Below, piece after piece: positions 37,146-48,311 of a DNA stretch of 64,000 bases (positions are counted from its first letter, which is position 1; every line of letters starts with the position of its first letter). Made by a program: the position numbers and the translations under genes. This stretch comes from an uncultured Actinomycetota bacterium (lineage in GTDB: Bacteria; Actinomycetota; Thermoleophilia; RBG-16-64-13), in contig CAVZSN010000010.1 of NCBI GenBank assembly GCA_963777945.1, forward strand, positions 110,354 to 174,353, in the 5' to 3' direction. The notes under the pieces were generated by a model. It had not been told where the DNA came from, did not search any database, and was given only the letters and a program-made list of their open reading frames with translations.

Positions 37146-39871
37146 CTATGCCTTCTCCACCTTCACGTTCGGCGTGCCCCACGGGTCCGCGCAGCCGCGA
37201 CACCGGAGCCGTGGCGGAGAAGCCGGGCAGGAACACCACCCCGTCCGGGACCCGATCGGTCACCGCGGCCTGCGACCTCGAGCGCGCCGCCCGCTTCGAG
37301 CGACACCCGCACCGTATCGCCGTCGGCCACGCCGAGCCGCAGCCGCGTCTGCCGGGTTCATCTCCAGCCGGGCCTCCGGCAACCAAGCGCGAGCTGCCCC
37401 GGCGAACGCCGGGTGCGCACGCCCGTCCGTGGTGCTCCTTGACCGAGCCGGTGAGCAGACGTCAGCGGAAAGTCGGCTCCGCCCTGGCTGCCGCCGTCGG
37501 CCGCGGCAACCGGAGCGAACCTGCGCCTTGCGCGCCGCGAAACCCGTCGACCGGCAGAATCGGCGTTCCCGTCGCCGTCGTCGGCCGAGCAGGGGACCTG
37601 GAGTCGAGCTCTGCTCGAGTCTTCGCGTAGGAGATGCCCCGATAGTCGGGGACGATCTCCGCGATCTCCCGCATGACGTCCGCCGGGTCTCGCGTACACC
37701 CAGTCGGCGCCCAGCGCGTTCGGCCAGCTTCTGCACGATCGTCCAATCCGGCAGGCTCTCTCCGCGGGCGGGCGCGGCCGCTCGTCACCCGCTGCACGAA
37801 CCGCTCACCGTTGGTGAAGGTACCTTCGTCCTCGAAGGCCACCGCCGGCAGCGCAGTACCACGTCGGCGCAGCGCCGCGGTGTCGGTGGGAAACGAGTCC
37901 TGGACGACGAGCACGTCGAGCTTGTCCGAGCGCCTTGCGGCACGCGCTCCTCATCCGGCAGGGCGAGCGCCGGATCGGCCCCGACCACGTAGAGCGCCTT
38001 GATGGTGCCCGCTTCGATGGCGGGCACCAGGTCGGCGAGCGCCACTCCCGGGCGCGAGAGCCGGCGAGGTGTCGCGCCCCACGCCGCTTCGAGCCTGGCC
38101 AGCGAGCCCGGATCGGAGGCGAGCGCGCCACCGGGAAGCCGGTCGGGACGCACACCCATGTCGACCAGGCCCTGAGAGTTGGCCCCCGATCCTCAGCGGG
38201 ATAGAGCCCGGTGCCCGGCCGTCCAACGTTGCCGGTCAGCAGAGCCAGATCGGCCGCCGCGCCGCACGGCCTCTTCGGCCTGCGGCCCCTGGGACAGACC
38301 CAGCTCCGACGAAGATGGCGGCGGCGCCCGCCTGGGCGAAGGCCACAGCCGCGGCCCGCAGGAGATCGGCGATCGACGCCCGCGACGGCCGCTTCGGCCG
38401 CGACGTCGACGCTCGGCGAGCGAGGCCTCGAAGCGCGGCGAAGCCCTCGGTCTTCGCGGCGATGAAGCCGGCGTCCTCAAGCTTGAGCATCGAGGATGTG
38501 CTTCATCATGGCGCGCAGGACGGCCAGGTCGGTGCCCGGCTTCAGAGCCAAGTGGTACTTCGCCTTGCCGGCCAGCTCCGTGGTCCTGCGGATCGACGAC
38601 GATGACGGTCCGGCCCTTGCGGAGCGCCTTGATCACGGTCAGCGCGAGCACCGGGTCGCACTCGGTGAGGTTGGCCCCCAAGACCAGGATGGCGTCGGCC
38701 GCCTCGAGATCGAAGCGCGAGTTGGTCACGGCGTCGACGCCCAGACGCTTCGGTCAGCGCCTTCTCCGAAGCCGCCAGGTCGGCATGGTCGATGGAGTCG
38801 ACGTTGTTGGAGCCGACCACGGTGCGCATGAGCTTCTGCACCAGGTAGGCCGGCCTCGTTGGTGCAGTTGGTCCCGCAGATGGCCGCCACGGCCTGGCCT
38901 CCATGCTCGCTGGCGCACGGCGGCGATCTTGTCGGCCGCGGTCTTGAGCGCGTCGTCCCAGGTCGCGTCTCTGAAGCCCGCCCTCGGGTTGCGCTACCTG
39001 CGGAGCGGTGAGCCGGTCGGGGGCGTCGGCATAGCCCAGCGCGAAACGCCCCTTGACGCAGAGGTTGCCGCCGTTGAGACCCTTCTCCTCCTCGGCGGAG
39101 ATCCGCACCACCCTGTCGCGGAAGCGAATGGACCACCAGGCGGCAGCCGTCGGCGCAGTACGAGCAGGTGGTGACCGTCTTGGTCGTCTGCCAGGCCCGG
39201 GCGCCCTGCGGGGTCCGCTGCCCGACGACAGCGCCTACCGGGCAGGTGCTCACGCACTGCCCGCACGACACGCAGCCGACGTCGACCAGAGGCAGACGAT
39301 AGGGCGTGTCCACTTCGCTGTCGTAGCCCCGGTTGAGATAACCCCAGCAACCGATGGACATGACCTCCCGGCAGATGCGCACGCAGCGTCCGCACAGGAT
39401 GCACCGCGCAGCCGAAGTGCGCGACGTTCGGATGGTCGCCCGGCTCGCCGACGACGGCGGACGCCAGCCCCACGGCACCATGTCGACCAGGTACTCGTAC
39501 GCGTAGTCCTGGAGACGGCAGTCACCGGCCGCCTCGCACACCGGGCAGTCGAGCGGGTGATTGGTGAGGAGCAGCTCGAGGACGAACTTGCGCAGCTTGG
39601 CGATCTTCTCGGTGTGGGTCTGGACCTTCATGCCCGCGCTGACCTTGGTGCCGCACGCGGCCATCGGTCCGCGCGCCCCCTCGACCTCCACCAGGCACAT
39701 GCGGCAGGCGCCGTACGCTTCGAGACGCGTGTCGTAGCAGAGCGTGGGGATGTCGACCCCTTCCGCCCGAGCCACTTCCAGGATGGTCTGTCCCGGCTGG
39801 GCCTGGACCTCGCGCCCGTTGAGGGTCAGGGTGATCATTTCCTGCCCGGTTGAACCTCCAGCCGGGGACAT
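37146..39871 (-). CDS. formate dehydrogenase alpha-like / NuoG-like Mo-bisPGD oxidoreductase catalytic subunit (N-terminal 2Fe-2S + 4Fe-4S ferredoxin domains; frameshifted)
   Basis: MSPAGGSTGQEMITLTLNGREVQAQPGQTILEVARAEGVDIPTLCYD…YGACRMCLVEVEG, …HPLDCPVCEAAGDCRLQD…, …CILCGRCVRIC…CVSCGQCVSTCPVGA…, …TKTVTTCSYCADGC…, …GGNLCVKGRFALGY…, …ADAILVLGANLTE…, C-terminus …PNVKVEKA*. Confidence 0.75.
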
Positions 39872-41769
39872 CAGGACCTCCTCACAGCGTCGAACCGACA
39901 CTTCTCGAAGCAGGCACCACACTTGATGCACAGCTCTTGATCGATGACATGCACCTCTTTGCGCTCGCCAGTGATGGCCTGCGACCGGACACGCCCGGGC
40001 GCACGCCCGGCATCCGGTGCACGTCTCAGGATCGATGAGATACGTGGTCAGCGCCGCGCACGCGCCCGCCCGGCACTTCTTCTCGAGCACGTGCTCCCGG
40101 AACTCCTCGGGGAAGTACTTGAGGGCGGTCAGCACCGGGTTGGGAGCGGTGGCCCCCAGACCGCACAGCGAGCCGATCTTGACCTGCTGGGCCATCTCCT
40201 CGAGGAAGGCGATGTCCGCGAGCGTGCCGGTGCCCTCGCAGATCTTGTTGAGGATCTCGAGCATGCGCTTGGTGCCGATGCGGCAGGGCGGGCATTTTCC
40301 GCAGCTCTCCTGCTGGGTGAAGCCCAGGAAGTAGCGGGCGGTGTCGACGATGCAGTTGTCTTCGTCGATGACGATCATCCCGCCCGAGCCCACGATGGCG
40401 CCGGTCTGGTTGATGGTCTCGTAGTCCACGGGCAGGTCGAGCAGCGCCTCCGGCAGGCAGCCGCCCGAGGGTCCGCCCATCTGCACGGCCTTGAACGCCT
40501 TGTTCTTCTTGACGCCGCCGCCGATGCCGAAGATGACGTCGCGCAGGGGCATCCCCATGGGGACCTCGGCCAGACCGGTCCGGTTCACCTTGCCGGCCAG
40601 AGCGAAGACCTTCGTGCCCTTGGACCTCTCGTACCCGCGGGACGCGAACGCCTCGGCGCCGTTCAGGATGATCCAGGGGACGACCGCCAGCGTCTCCACG
40701 TTGTTGATGTTGGTGGGGCGGTTCCACAGGCCCGACTCGGCCGGGAACGGCGGCCGCAGACGAGGCATGCCCCGGTCGCCCTCGATCGACTGCATCATGG
40801 CGGTCTCTTCGCCGCACACGAACGCCCCGGCCCCTTCCTTGAGCTTGAGGTGGAAGGAGAAGTCGGAGCCCATGATGTTGTCGCCGATGAAGCCCCTCTC
40901 CTCGGCGGCCTTCATGGCTATCTTGAGCCGGCGGATGGCAAGCGGGTATTCGGCTCTCACGTAGAGTAGCCCGATCGTCGCGCCGATGGCGTAGGCACCG
41001 ATGGCCATGCCCTCGAACACGGCGTGCGGGTCGCCCTCCAGGACCGAGCAGTCCATGAAGGCCCCGGGGTCGCCTTCGTCGCCGTTGCAGATGAAGTACT
41101 TGACCCCGTCGGGCGACTTGTAGTCCGCGGCGAACTTCCACTTCTGTCCGGTGGGGAAGCCGGCTCCTCCCCGGCCGCGCAGGCCCGAAGCGCAAGATCT
41201 CGTCGATGACCTGCTCGGGGGTCATGCTCGAGAGGACCTTGTACAGAGCCTGATAGCCGTCGGCCTCGAGGTAGTCCTCGATCTCCTCGGGATCGATGAT
41301 GCCCGACGTGCCGCAGGGTGAGCTTCTCCTGTCGGTCGAAGAAGGCGTCGTACTCGGTGGGCCCTTCGTCGGTCCGTGACGATCCACTTCTCGATGGGCT
41401 CGCCGCCCGATGATGTGCTTGGCGATGATCTCGTCGACCATGGCGGGGGTGACCTGGCCGTAGGTGACCTTGCTGCGTGGCGCCGTTCAGTCGCATGTGG
41501 ACCTCGACCAGCGGGTCCATGGCGCACAGTCCCTGGCAACCCGTCCCGGTGACCGAGGCGCACCGTCCGGCGCAGTCGTCCTCGCGAGGACGGATGACGG
41601 CGAGCACGCCGCGTCTGAGCGAGCTTCTCCTCGAACGCCTTGAGGACCTCACGGCTGCCCGCCGCCACTCCTCCGGTGCCCAGACAGATGCGGATGTCCA
41701 CCTCGGGGACGGTCCAGACGCGGCCTGCTCGGCGCCGGCCTGCACCAGCACGCGCTCCGAAGTGCTCAT
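39869..41769 (-). CDS. NADH-binding NuoF-like subunit of HndC/HydB type (N-terminal thioredoxin-like 2Fe-2S domain, FMN/NADH core, C-terminal 2x[4Fe-4S] ferredoxin); frameshifted
   Basis: …VDIRICLGTGGVAAGSREVLKAF…TGTGCQGLCAMDPLVEV…, …FPTGQKWKF-type core …DCSVLEGDPHAVFEGMAIGAYAIGATIGLLYVRAEYP…ESCGKCPPCRIGT…, …CRAGAC…CTGCRACARACPV…CIKCGACFEKCRFDAV. Stop overlaps next ATG (TGATG). Confidence 0.8.
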
Positions 41770-41792
41770 GCGGCACCTTCCTCCGCTCGAGG

Positions 41793-42322
41793 TCAGCCGC
41801 CCGGCGGCGGCCTCGTAGCGCCGCTGGCCGACGCCACTCGGCAGCCGCGAATTCCTCGCTCTGAAGGCGCGACCACGGCCACCGCCTTGTCGGGGGTGAG
41901 CTTGCCGTGCGCCCGGTCGTTGATCATCACCACCGGAGCCATGCCGCACGCCCCCACGCAGTGGACCTCTTCGAGGGTGAAGAGCATGTCGTCGGTGTTC
42001 TCCCCGGCGTGGACCCCCAGGCAGCCGCTCGATCTCCTGCGAGATGAGCGGGGCGCCGGACACATGGCACGCCGTGCCGTGGCAGCAGCGGATGGTGTTC
42101 TTGGCGTGCGGGCTGCAAGCGGAACTGCGAGTAGAAGGTGGCCACGCCCAGGGCCTGGCTGAGCGGCTCGCCGGCCGCCTCGGCCACTCTGGCCATCACG
42201 TCCTGGGGCAGATAGCCGAAGATCGCCTGCGCTCCCTGCAAAAGGGGGACCAAAGCCCCCCTTTCCCCTTCGTAGTGCTCCAGCAGATCGCTGAACTGTT
42301 CTTCCAACGCTTGGTCGCTCAC
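41793..42322 (-). CDS. NuoE-like 24-kDa-type [2Fe-2S] subunit (frameshifted)
   Basis: [64 protein letters not shown]… and …[27 protein letters not shown]…. Confidence 0.75.
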
Positions 42323-42430
42323 ATCACCACCCGTGGGTCCGACGGCCAGCCCTGTCTGGTTGCGCCCGGCTTCCCCCCGTATTCCCCCGATATTGTAGCT
42401 TGGCGTCCGGTACAGGATACAGCGATTCGC

Positions 42431-43437
42431 GCCTCATTGCCCGCCTCCAACGCCTGGCCTCGGCGCCAGGCTTTCGCCCGCCTGAAACGAACTGCGCACG
42501 AAGGGCGCCGCGTGGACTTGAAGCCCAAGCTCTTCGCCCGCACTCGCCGGTACTCCGCGAACGTCCGCGGATCCACGTACTCCACCACCGGAAGATGGCG
42601 AGAGGAGGGCCGCAGATACTGTCCGATGGTCACCACGTCGCACCCCGACCCGGCTGGAGCATCGCGAAGCACGGCGTTCACCTCTTCCGGCGTCTCCGCC
42701 CAGGCCCACCATCAGGCCTGTCTTGACGATGCAGTCGCCCTGCTGCGGCCGCCTGCTGGAGCACGGCCAGCGACCGCTCGTAGACCGCCTGGGGACTCAC
42801 CTGCGGGTAGAGCCGAGGCACGGTCTCCAGATTGTGGTTGAACACGTCGGGGTCTCGCCGCCAAGACCAGCGCGATGTCGGCGGCATTTCCGCCGAAATC
42901 GGGCACCAGCACCTCGACCGTCGCGTCCGGCAGCGGCCTCCCGCACGGCCCGGATCGTGGCGACGTAGTGCCCCGCGCCTCCGTCCGGCAGGTCGTCCCG
43001 GGTGACGGACGTTACGACCACATGGCCGCAAGCCCAGCTGGGCGGCCGCCTCGGCGACCTTCACCGGCTCCTCCGGGTCTAGCGGCCCGGGGACCGCACT
43101 GGTGACCCCGCAGAAGCCGCAGTTCGCGTGTGCACACGTCTCCCATGATGAGGAAGGTCGCAGTACCCTTGCCGAAGCACTCACCCAGGTTGGGGCACGA
43201 GAGCGCTCTCGCAGACGGTATGAAGACCGCGCTCGCGCAGAAGGGCCTCCATCCTTCGCAGCGACGCCGCGTCCGGCAGCGGCTTCTTCAGCCAGGCGGG
43301 CTTCGGTCCGGGTCCGCGCCCGGGTCCGGGCGCAGCCCGCCCGATGCCCGCGGCGCCGGCGGCTCGCCCCGGGCGCCCGGATCAGCCGGCGATGCCACCG
43401 GCCGACATCCTGATGACCTATCGCCCGCGGGTTTCAT
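42431..43437 (-). CDS. lipA: lipoyl synthase (frameshifted; N-terminal extension/start uncertain)
   Basis: …[62 protein letters not shown]… (both Cys clusters), …[14 protein letters not shown]…, …[29 protein letters not shown]…. Confidence 0.8.
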
Positions 43438-44691
43438 CGCCCTCGTCCCTGCGGCCGCGACGGGCGCCTGGGCTCGCCCAGCAGCCCGCGCGCGGCTTCG
43501 ACCGCCAAGTGCATGACCTCGCGCAGCGGCATCCCGACGCGGCGGCCGCGGCGACGGCGTCCTCGTACTCCGGCGCTACGCTCACCAGTCCGTCCTCCCC
43601 ACCCCCCCCACTTGACGCCGCACCTGCCGCCGCCGACGGTCGACGGTCACCGTGCCGCGGTCGGCGACGTAACGCGTGTGCAGACTGAGCGTCGGACCCC
43701 CAGCGTCCCGGTCTCGGCGAAGAGGAGGTCGACGATCGCGGCCTCCTCGGAAGGCCGCGACAAGCACGTGCAGCACCACGCCTGGGCGCTCCTTCTTCAT
43801 CTGCGCGGCGACCGCCCAGACATCCGAGCGCACCCGCTTCCCGCAGGCGCCGCAGCGCATATCCGATCACTTCGGGCGAGACGTCATCGATGTTCGTCTG
43901 CAGCTCGACGACCGCGTCTCGCGAACATCGTCAGCCGCTCGGTCGCAGTCGGCGCCGGTCGTCTCCGCCTATGATGACGCGGAGCACGTTGGGCCCGTGC
44001 TCCAGCTTCATGGTCCCTGCCGCCGTACCCGACGGACCTTCACGATCATGGCGGCAGGTGCCCTGCTCGCGCCTGGAGCTGCCCGGACCAGGAGCGCTCC
44101 TGTCGGGGTGGTCAGCTCCCTCATCTCCGGCCCACCGACCACCTCGTAGCCGGCCAGCAGCGCCGCCGTGGCCGGCGCGGGCACTCCCATGCGTCCGTGC
44201 GCGATCTCGACGGTCCCCCCGCCCACCGGGATGGTGCCGACAAAGACCTTGTCGATACCGAGAGCCTCGACGAGCACGAACGTCCCGACCACGTCGACCA
44301 GCGTGTCGGCCGCCCCCACCTCGTGGAAGTGGATCTCATCCACGGAGCAGCCGTGGATGCCCGCCTCGACCTCGGCCAGCCGTCGACCGCCGCCCGCGCC
44401 GCGGGTCTTGACCCGTTCCGAGACGGCGGCACCGTCGATCACCTGCGAGCATGTCGCCGAGATGGCGCAGTGGCGGAGACTGCTCGGCGCGCACGTTGAC
44501 CCGGGTGCAGGCTATCCCCCACTCGGTGTCGTGCGTGATCTCGACCACGGTGCCCTCGCAGGCCCAGGGAGGCGACCGCCTGCGTGGAGGGCGGACTCCG
44601 CCGCCTGCCCCCCGGCATCGAGCAGCGCGGCCAGCATCATGTCTCCGGACAGGCCGGACCAGGGGTCGAGATAGAGAAGGTTCTGAGCCAT
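43437..44691 (-). CDS. larC: LarC-family (DUF111) nickel-insertion protein / pyridinium-3,5-bisthiocarboxylic acid mononucleotide nickel chelatase homolog (frameshifted)
   Basis: RBS AAGGAG + ATG. MAQNLLYLDPWSGLSGDMMLAALLDAGG…, …HFHEVGAADTLVDVVGTFVLVEALGIDKVFVGTIPVGGGTVEIAHGRMGVPAPATAALL…, C-terminal …QMKKERPGVVLHVL…. Confidence 0.75.
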
Positions 44692-44791
44692 CGCCTCGCT
44701 CCTTACGGCCGTTACGGTTGCATTCTCGCATGCCCCCGCATACACTGCGAGCGTACGACGGCCGGTCCCGCCTCTCAACCTACCTCGAACT

Positions 44792-45183
44792 GTGGTGCGG
44801 ACAGTGACGCAAAGGCGACTCGCCGATTACATCGGACTCACGGTCCGGAAGCTCCGCTCGGACCGCGGCTTCACGCTGCAGGCGCTCGCCGACGAGTCCG
44901 GCGTCTCCAAGAGCTATCTGGGAGACATCGAGAAGGGTCGCAAGAACCCCACCACCGACGTCATCGAGGCCATCGCGGAGGCTCTGGGCGTACCCGGCCC
45001 GGGAGCTCCTCTATCACGCCGCCCTCGACGAGGAGGACCCCTTCCTCCAGCCCGAGCAGCTCAGCTCTCGAGGATGTGGCCGAAGAAGACGCCGAGACCC
45101 GGGAGCTGTCCCACCTCGCCCGGCGCATGAGGCCGACCGACCGGCGCTTCGTGCTCGATCTCGCCCGCCGGCTCTCGCGCTAG
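44792..45183 (+). CDS. XRE-family HTH transcriptional regulator (one frameshift)
   Basis: …TQRRLADYIGLTVRKLRSDRGFTLQALADESGVSKSYLGDIEKGRKNPTTDVIEAIAEALGVP… Cro/C1-type HTH. Divergent from larC. Confidence 0.6.
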
Positions 45184-45233
45184 CGCGAGAGGTCGCGAGG
45201 GCCCGCTGCGGCTGCCCAGCGCCGCGCTACTCC

Positions 45234-45583
45234 TCAGTCGTAGCCCAGTTCGTCCAGTCGTTCGTCGCTGATGCCGTAGTAGTGCGCGATCTCGTGGATC
45301 ACCGTGTGGCGCACCTGCTCGCGTATCTCGTCCTCGTCCTCGCCCGCGCCAGCCGCTCGATCGGCTTCTGGAAGATGGTGATGCGGTCGGGAAGCGCCGA
45401 ATAGAAGGCGCCGCGGTGCGTGAGCGGCACCCCGTGGTAGAGGCCGAGCAGGGAGCTCTTGTCGCGCGGAGCCAACCCGACTTCCTCCAGGTCGTCGCGG
45501 CTCGGCCAGTCCTCGATGATCACCTCGACGTTCTCCATCCGCTCCAGGAACTCCTCGGGCAGGGAATCGAGCGCGTCGGCCAC
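45234..45583 (-). CDS. Zincin_1 (DUF1025) minimal zinc metallopeptidase-like protein (frameshifted)
   Basis: MADALDSLPEEFLERMENVEVIIEDWPS…LLGLYHGVPLTHRG…ALPDRITIFQKPIERL… and HExxH in …VRHTVIHEIAHYYGISDERLDELGYD. Confidence 0.6.
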
Positions 45584-45613
45584 CAGCTTCCGCGAACGAC
45601 TGCGTCGTCCACG

Positions 45614-46232
45614 TCAACTCCGCTCCTTGCCGGGCCAGGCGCGTCCAGCGAGCGCCCGCGCGGCGGCTCCCCGGTGAGAGACCTGTCCTTGTCTTCGGGC
45701 GACGCTTCGGCGAGCGTCGAGCTCCCAGCCCTCCGGCTGGAAGACCGGGTCGTACCCGAACCCGTCGTCGCCGCGAGGAGCCGAGTGATGGAGCCGTTCG
45801 TCACTCCCTTCGACCTCCATCGCACGCCCGATCGACGTTCATCGCCGCGGGAGCACCGAGGCATAGCGCGCAGACAAAACGCGCGCGTCCGGTCGACGTC
45901 GTCCGACAAGCTCACGAGAGCAGCTTGGCCACGTTCTCGGCGTCGCTGGCGCCCTCGCCGGCGAAGCGGGCGGAGAAGATGCCCGGCCGTCCGCCCAGAG
46001 CGGCCACCTCCAGCCCGGAGTCGTCGGCCAGCACAGCGCTGACGCCGCCCAGCGCGTGCGAAGACCGACTCCGCCTTGAGCCGCGCGTTGGCGGCAAAGG
46101 TATCTCCTGTCTCCGGCGGGAAGCTCACCCCCGCGGGCAGCGGCCGTGACCGTCGAAGACGCCGGCCAGAAGCCGGTCGAACTCCCGGACCTTGCCGGCG
46201 TTGCCCGTGGCCAGCACTACCGGCGACGCGCC
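45614..46232 (-). CDS. rdgB: non-canonical purine NTP pyrophosphatase (RdgB/HAM1; frameshifted)
   Basis: …[17 protein letters not shown]…, …[39 protein letters not shown]…, …[13 protein letters not shown]…VSHRG…. Confidence 0.75.
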
Positions 46233-46239
46233 TCCTCAC

Positions 46240-47014
46240 GGCCTCGACGTGCCTCCCTGCGCCGAAGTACGACCTCGGGCGATGACCGCCGACTGCGACC
46301 TCGCTGATGCTGTCCGATCCCGGCTGTCCGCCAGCTCCAGCAGAGTAGTCGAACACCTGCCGCTCGAACGGGGCGCGCTTCGGCAGTGGCCTGTACCTCG
46401 ATGAGCCTTGCCGCTGCCCGTCATGACCACGTTCATGTCGACCTCGGCGACGCAGTCCTCCACGTACTCGAGGTCCACCACCGGCTCGCCGCCGACCACA
46501 CCGACGCTCACCGCCGCGACCGAATCGGCCAGAGGCAGGCGTCCTTCAGTGCTCCGCGCGTCGACCGCGCGCTTGAACGCGAGATGCAGCGCCAGGTAAC
46601 CGCCGGTGACCGCCGCGCAGCGGGTTCCCCCGTCGGCCTCGATCACGTCGCAATCGATGTAGACGGTGCGCTCGCCCAAGACGCTTCAGGTCGGTGATCG
46701 CCCGCAGGCTACGCCCGATGAAGCGCTGGATCTCCACGGTGCGCCCGTCCTGCCGGCCGCGCACCGCCTCGCGCGGCGTCCGCTCCCGGGTCGAGCTGGG
46801 CAGCAGAGAGTACTCGGCCGTCAACCAGCCTTCGCCGCTGCCCCGTCGCCAGCCGGGCACGCCGTTGACGACCTGCGCCGAGCACAGGACCCGCGTGCCG
46901 CCCAGTTCGATCAGACACCGACCCGTCGGCGGTGCTGTACGAAGTCGGGAGTGATCTTCAGCGGCCGCAACTCGGCCGGACCCTCGGTCGCCCGTTCTCG
47001 CCGGCCTTGGTCAT
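46240..47014 (-). CDS. rph: ribonuclease PH (frameshifted)
   Basis: …[14 protein letters not shown]…, …[22 protein letters not shown]…[16 protein letters not shown]…, …[25 protein letters not shown]…. Confidence 0.85.
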
Positions 47015-47832
47015 ATCCGCTCCACCTCCCGTATGGGCAACTGCAGAAAGCGGGCTCCCACCTCTCGGAACTCCTCGGGGTCGCCCGTGGTGAGGAAGCG
47101 ATACTCGCCTTCCCGCGTCCTTGTCGTTGCCTATGGACTTGCGCGCGAGTATCTCCCCCACCTCGCGCGCCGTCTCCTCGGCCGAATTGATGAGCGCCAC
47201 ATGCGGACCGAGCAGCCGTCTGAGCATCGGCGATGATGAGGGGATAGTGGGTGCACCCGAGGATGACCGTGTCGACGCCGGCGGCCTTGAGCGGAGCTGT
47301 CGCCTCTCGGGCTGCGCCCTCGGTCTCCTCGGAGAACACGTCGCCCTCCTGGATCAGCGGGGCCAGCCGCGGGCAGGCCACCGCGAACACCTCGAGGCCG
47401 GCGTCCAGCGTGCTGCAGCGCGTTCTGATAGGCGTTGGAGCGGACGGTCGCCTCGGTCGCCAGAAGTCCCACCCGCCGCTCGCGCGTGGCCTGCACCGCG
47501 GCCCGGGCCCCGGGCATGACGACGCCGACGATGGGAGTGGCAAAGGAGGCCTGCAGCTGGGGCAGGGCGGCGGCCGCGGCCGAGTTGCACGCGACGACGA
47601 TCAGCTTGACGTCCATGCTGACGAGCCGGGCCGTGGCCGCAAAAGCCAGACGGCGGACCTCCGCCAGAGGCTTGGGCCCGTACGGGAAGTTGCCGGTGTC
47701 GCCCAGGTAGACGAAGTCCTCGTGCGGAAGGTTGACCAGGCACTCGTGGAGTACGGTCAAGCCCGCCTACCCCGGAATCGAAGACGCCTATGGCTCTCCG
47801 GTCGGGGATGTGAGTTGTTCACCTTCGGTCAT
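47005..47832 (-). CDS. murI: glutamate racemase (frameshifted; boundaries approximate)
   Basis: …[42 protein letters not shown]…, …[14 protein letters not shown]…, …[14 protein letters not shown]…. Confidence 0.8.
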
Positions 47833-47925
47833 GGCCAGGCGATTCTACCAAACGCCCGAACGGGTCCTGCTTGGCGCTTGCGCAGCCCAAGTGCCACCGC
47901 CGACCTCTGAGAGCAGACTCCGCGG

Positions 47926-48229
47926 TCAGAGGCGCGCGGCTTCGCCTCGGCAGACATAGGTGGGGATCACGGTGTTGAGCTTGCCGACCAACTGCCGCTC
48001 CACGAGGTCCTCGACTAAGCTCTCCACGTCTTCACGAGGACTCGCAGAGACGGGAGGCCAGCTGGCCGCTGGTCATCGCCTGTCCCTCGTCAAAAAGGAC
48101 CGCCAGGACACGTAGGCGCCGCTCATCGAGGGCCGCCACCGGTTGAGTACCCGGGCTGATGTCGGGCACCGATGGAGCGTATGGTGCTGCGGCAGATGGT
48201 CGCTGGCCTTGGCCGATAACGGGTCTCAC
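47926..48229 (-). CDS. small winged-helix transcriptional regulator (ArsR/MarR-like; one frameshift)
   Basis: MRPVIGQGQRP…LDERRLRVLAVLFDEGQAMTSGQLASRL… then …EDVESLVEDLVERQLVGKLNTVIPTYVCRGEAARL*. Confidence 0.4.
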
Positions 48230-48311
48230 GTCGGCCTCCTCTTCTTCCCTGCACGCGACGTGGACGACAACCTCTATATGCCCAGGGGTGGGACCCGGCT
48301 AAACTCCGAGG

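Noticed and set aside
36184-37386. 400-aa minus-strand ORF spanning the 3' part of the Lon-like protease gene
   Set aside because: Only its first about 80 codons (…VPDGVVFLPGFSATAP…) belong to the FdhA-like C-terminus. The rest is an open antisense frame through the Lon-like gene caused by high GC content, not a gene.
42322-42431. Promoter upstream of the NuoE-like gene (TACAAT -10 on minus strand at about 42382-42387)
   Set aside because: -10 is good but the best -35 candidate (CTGTAT) has a 19-nt spacer, which is too weak to list as a feature. It is mentioned only within the FDH finding.
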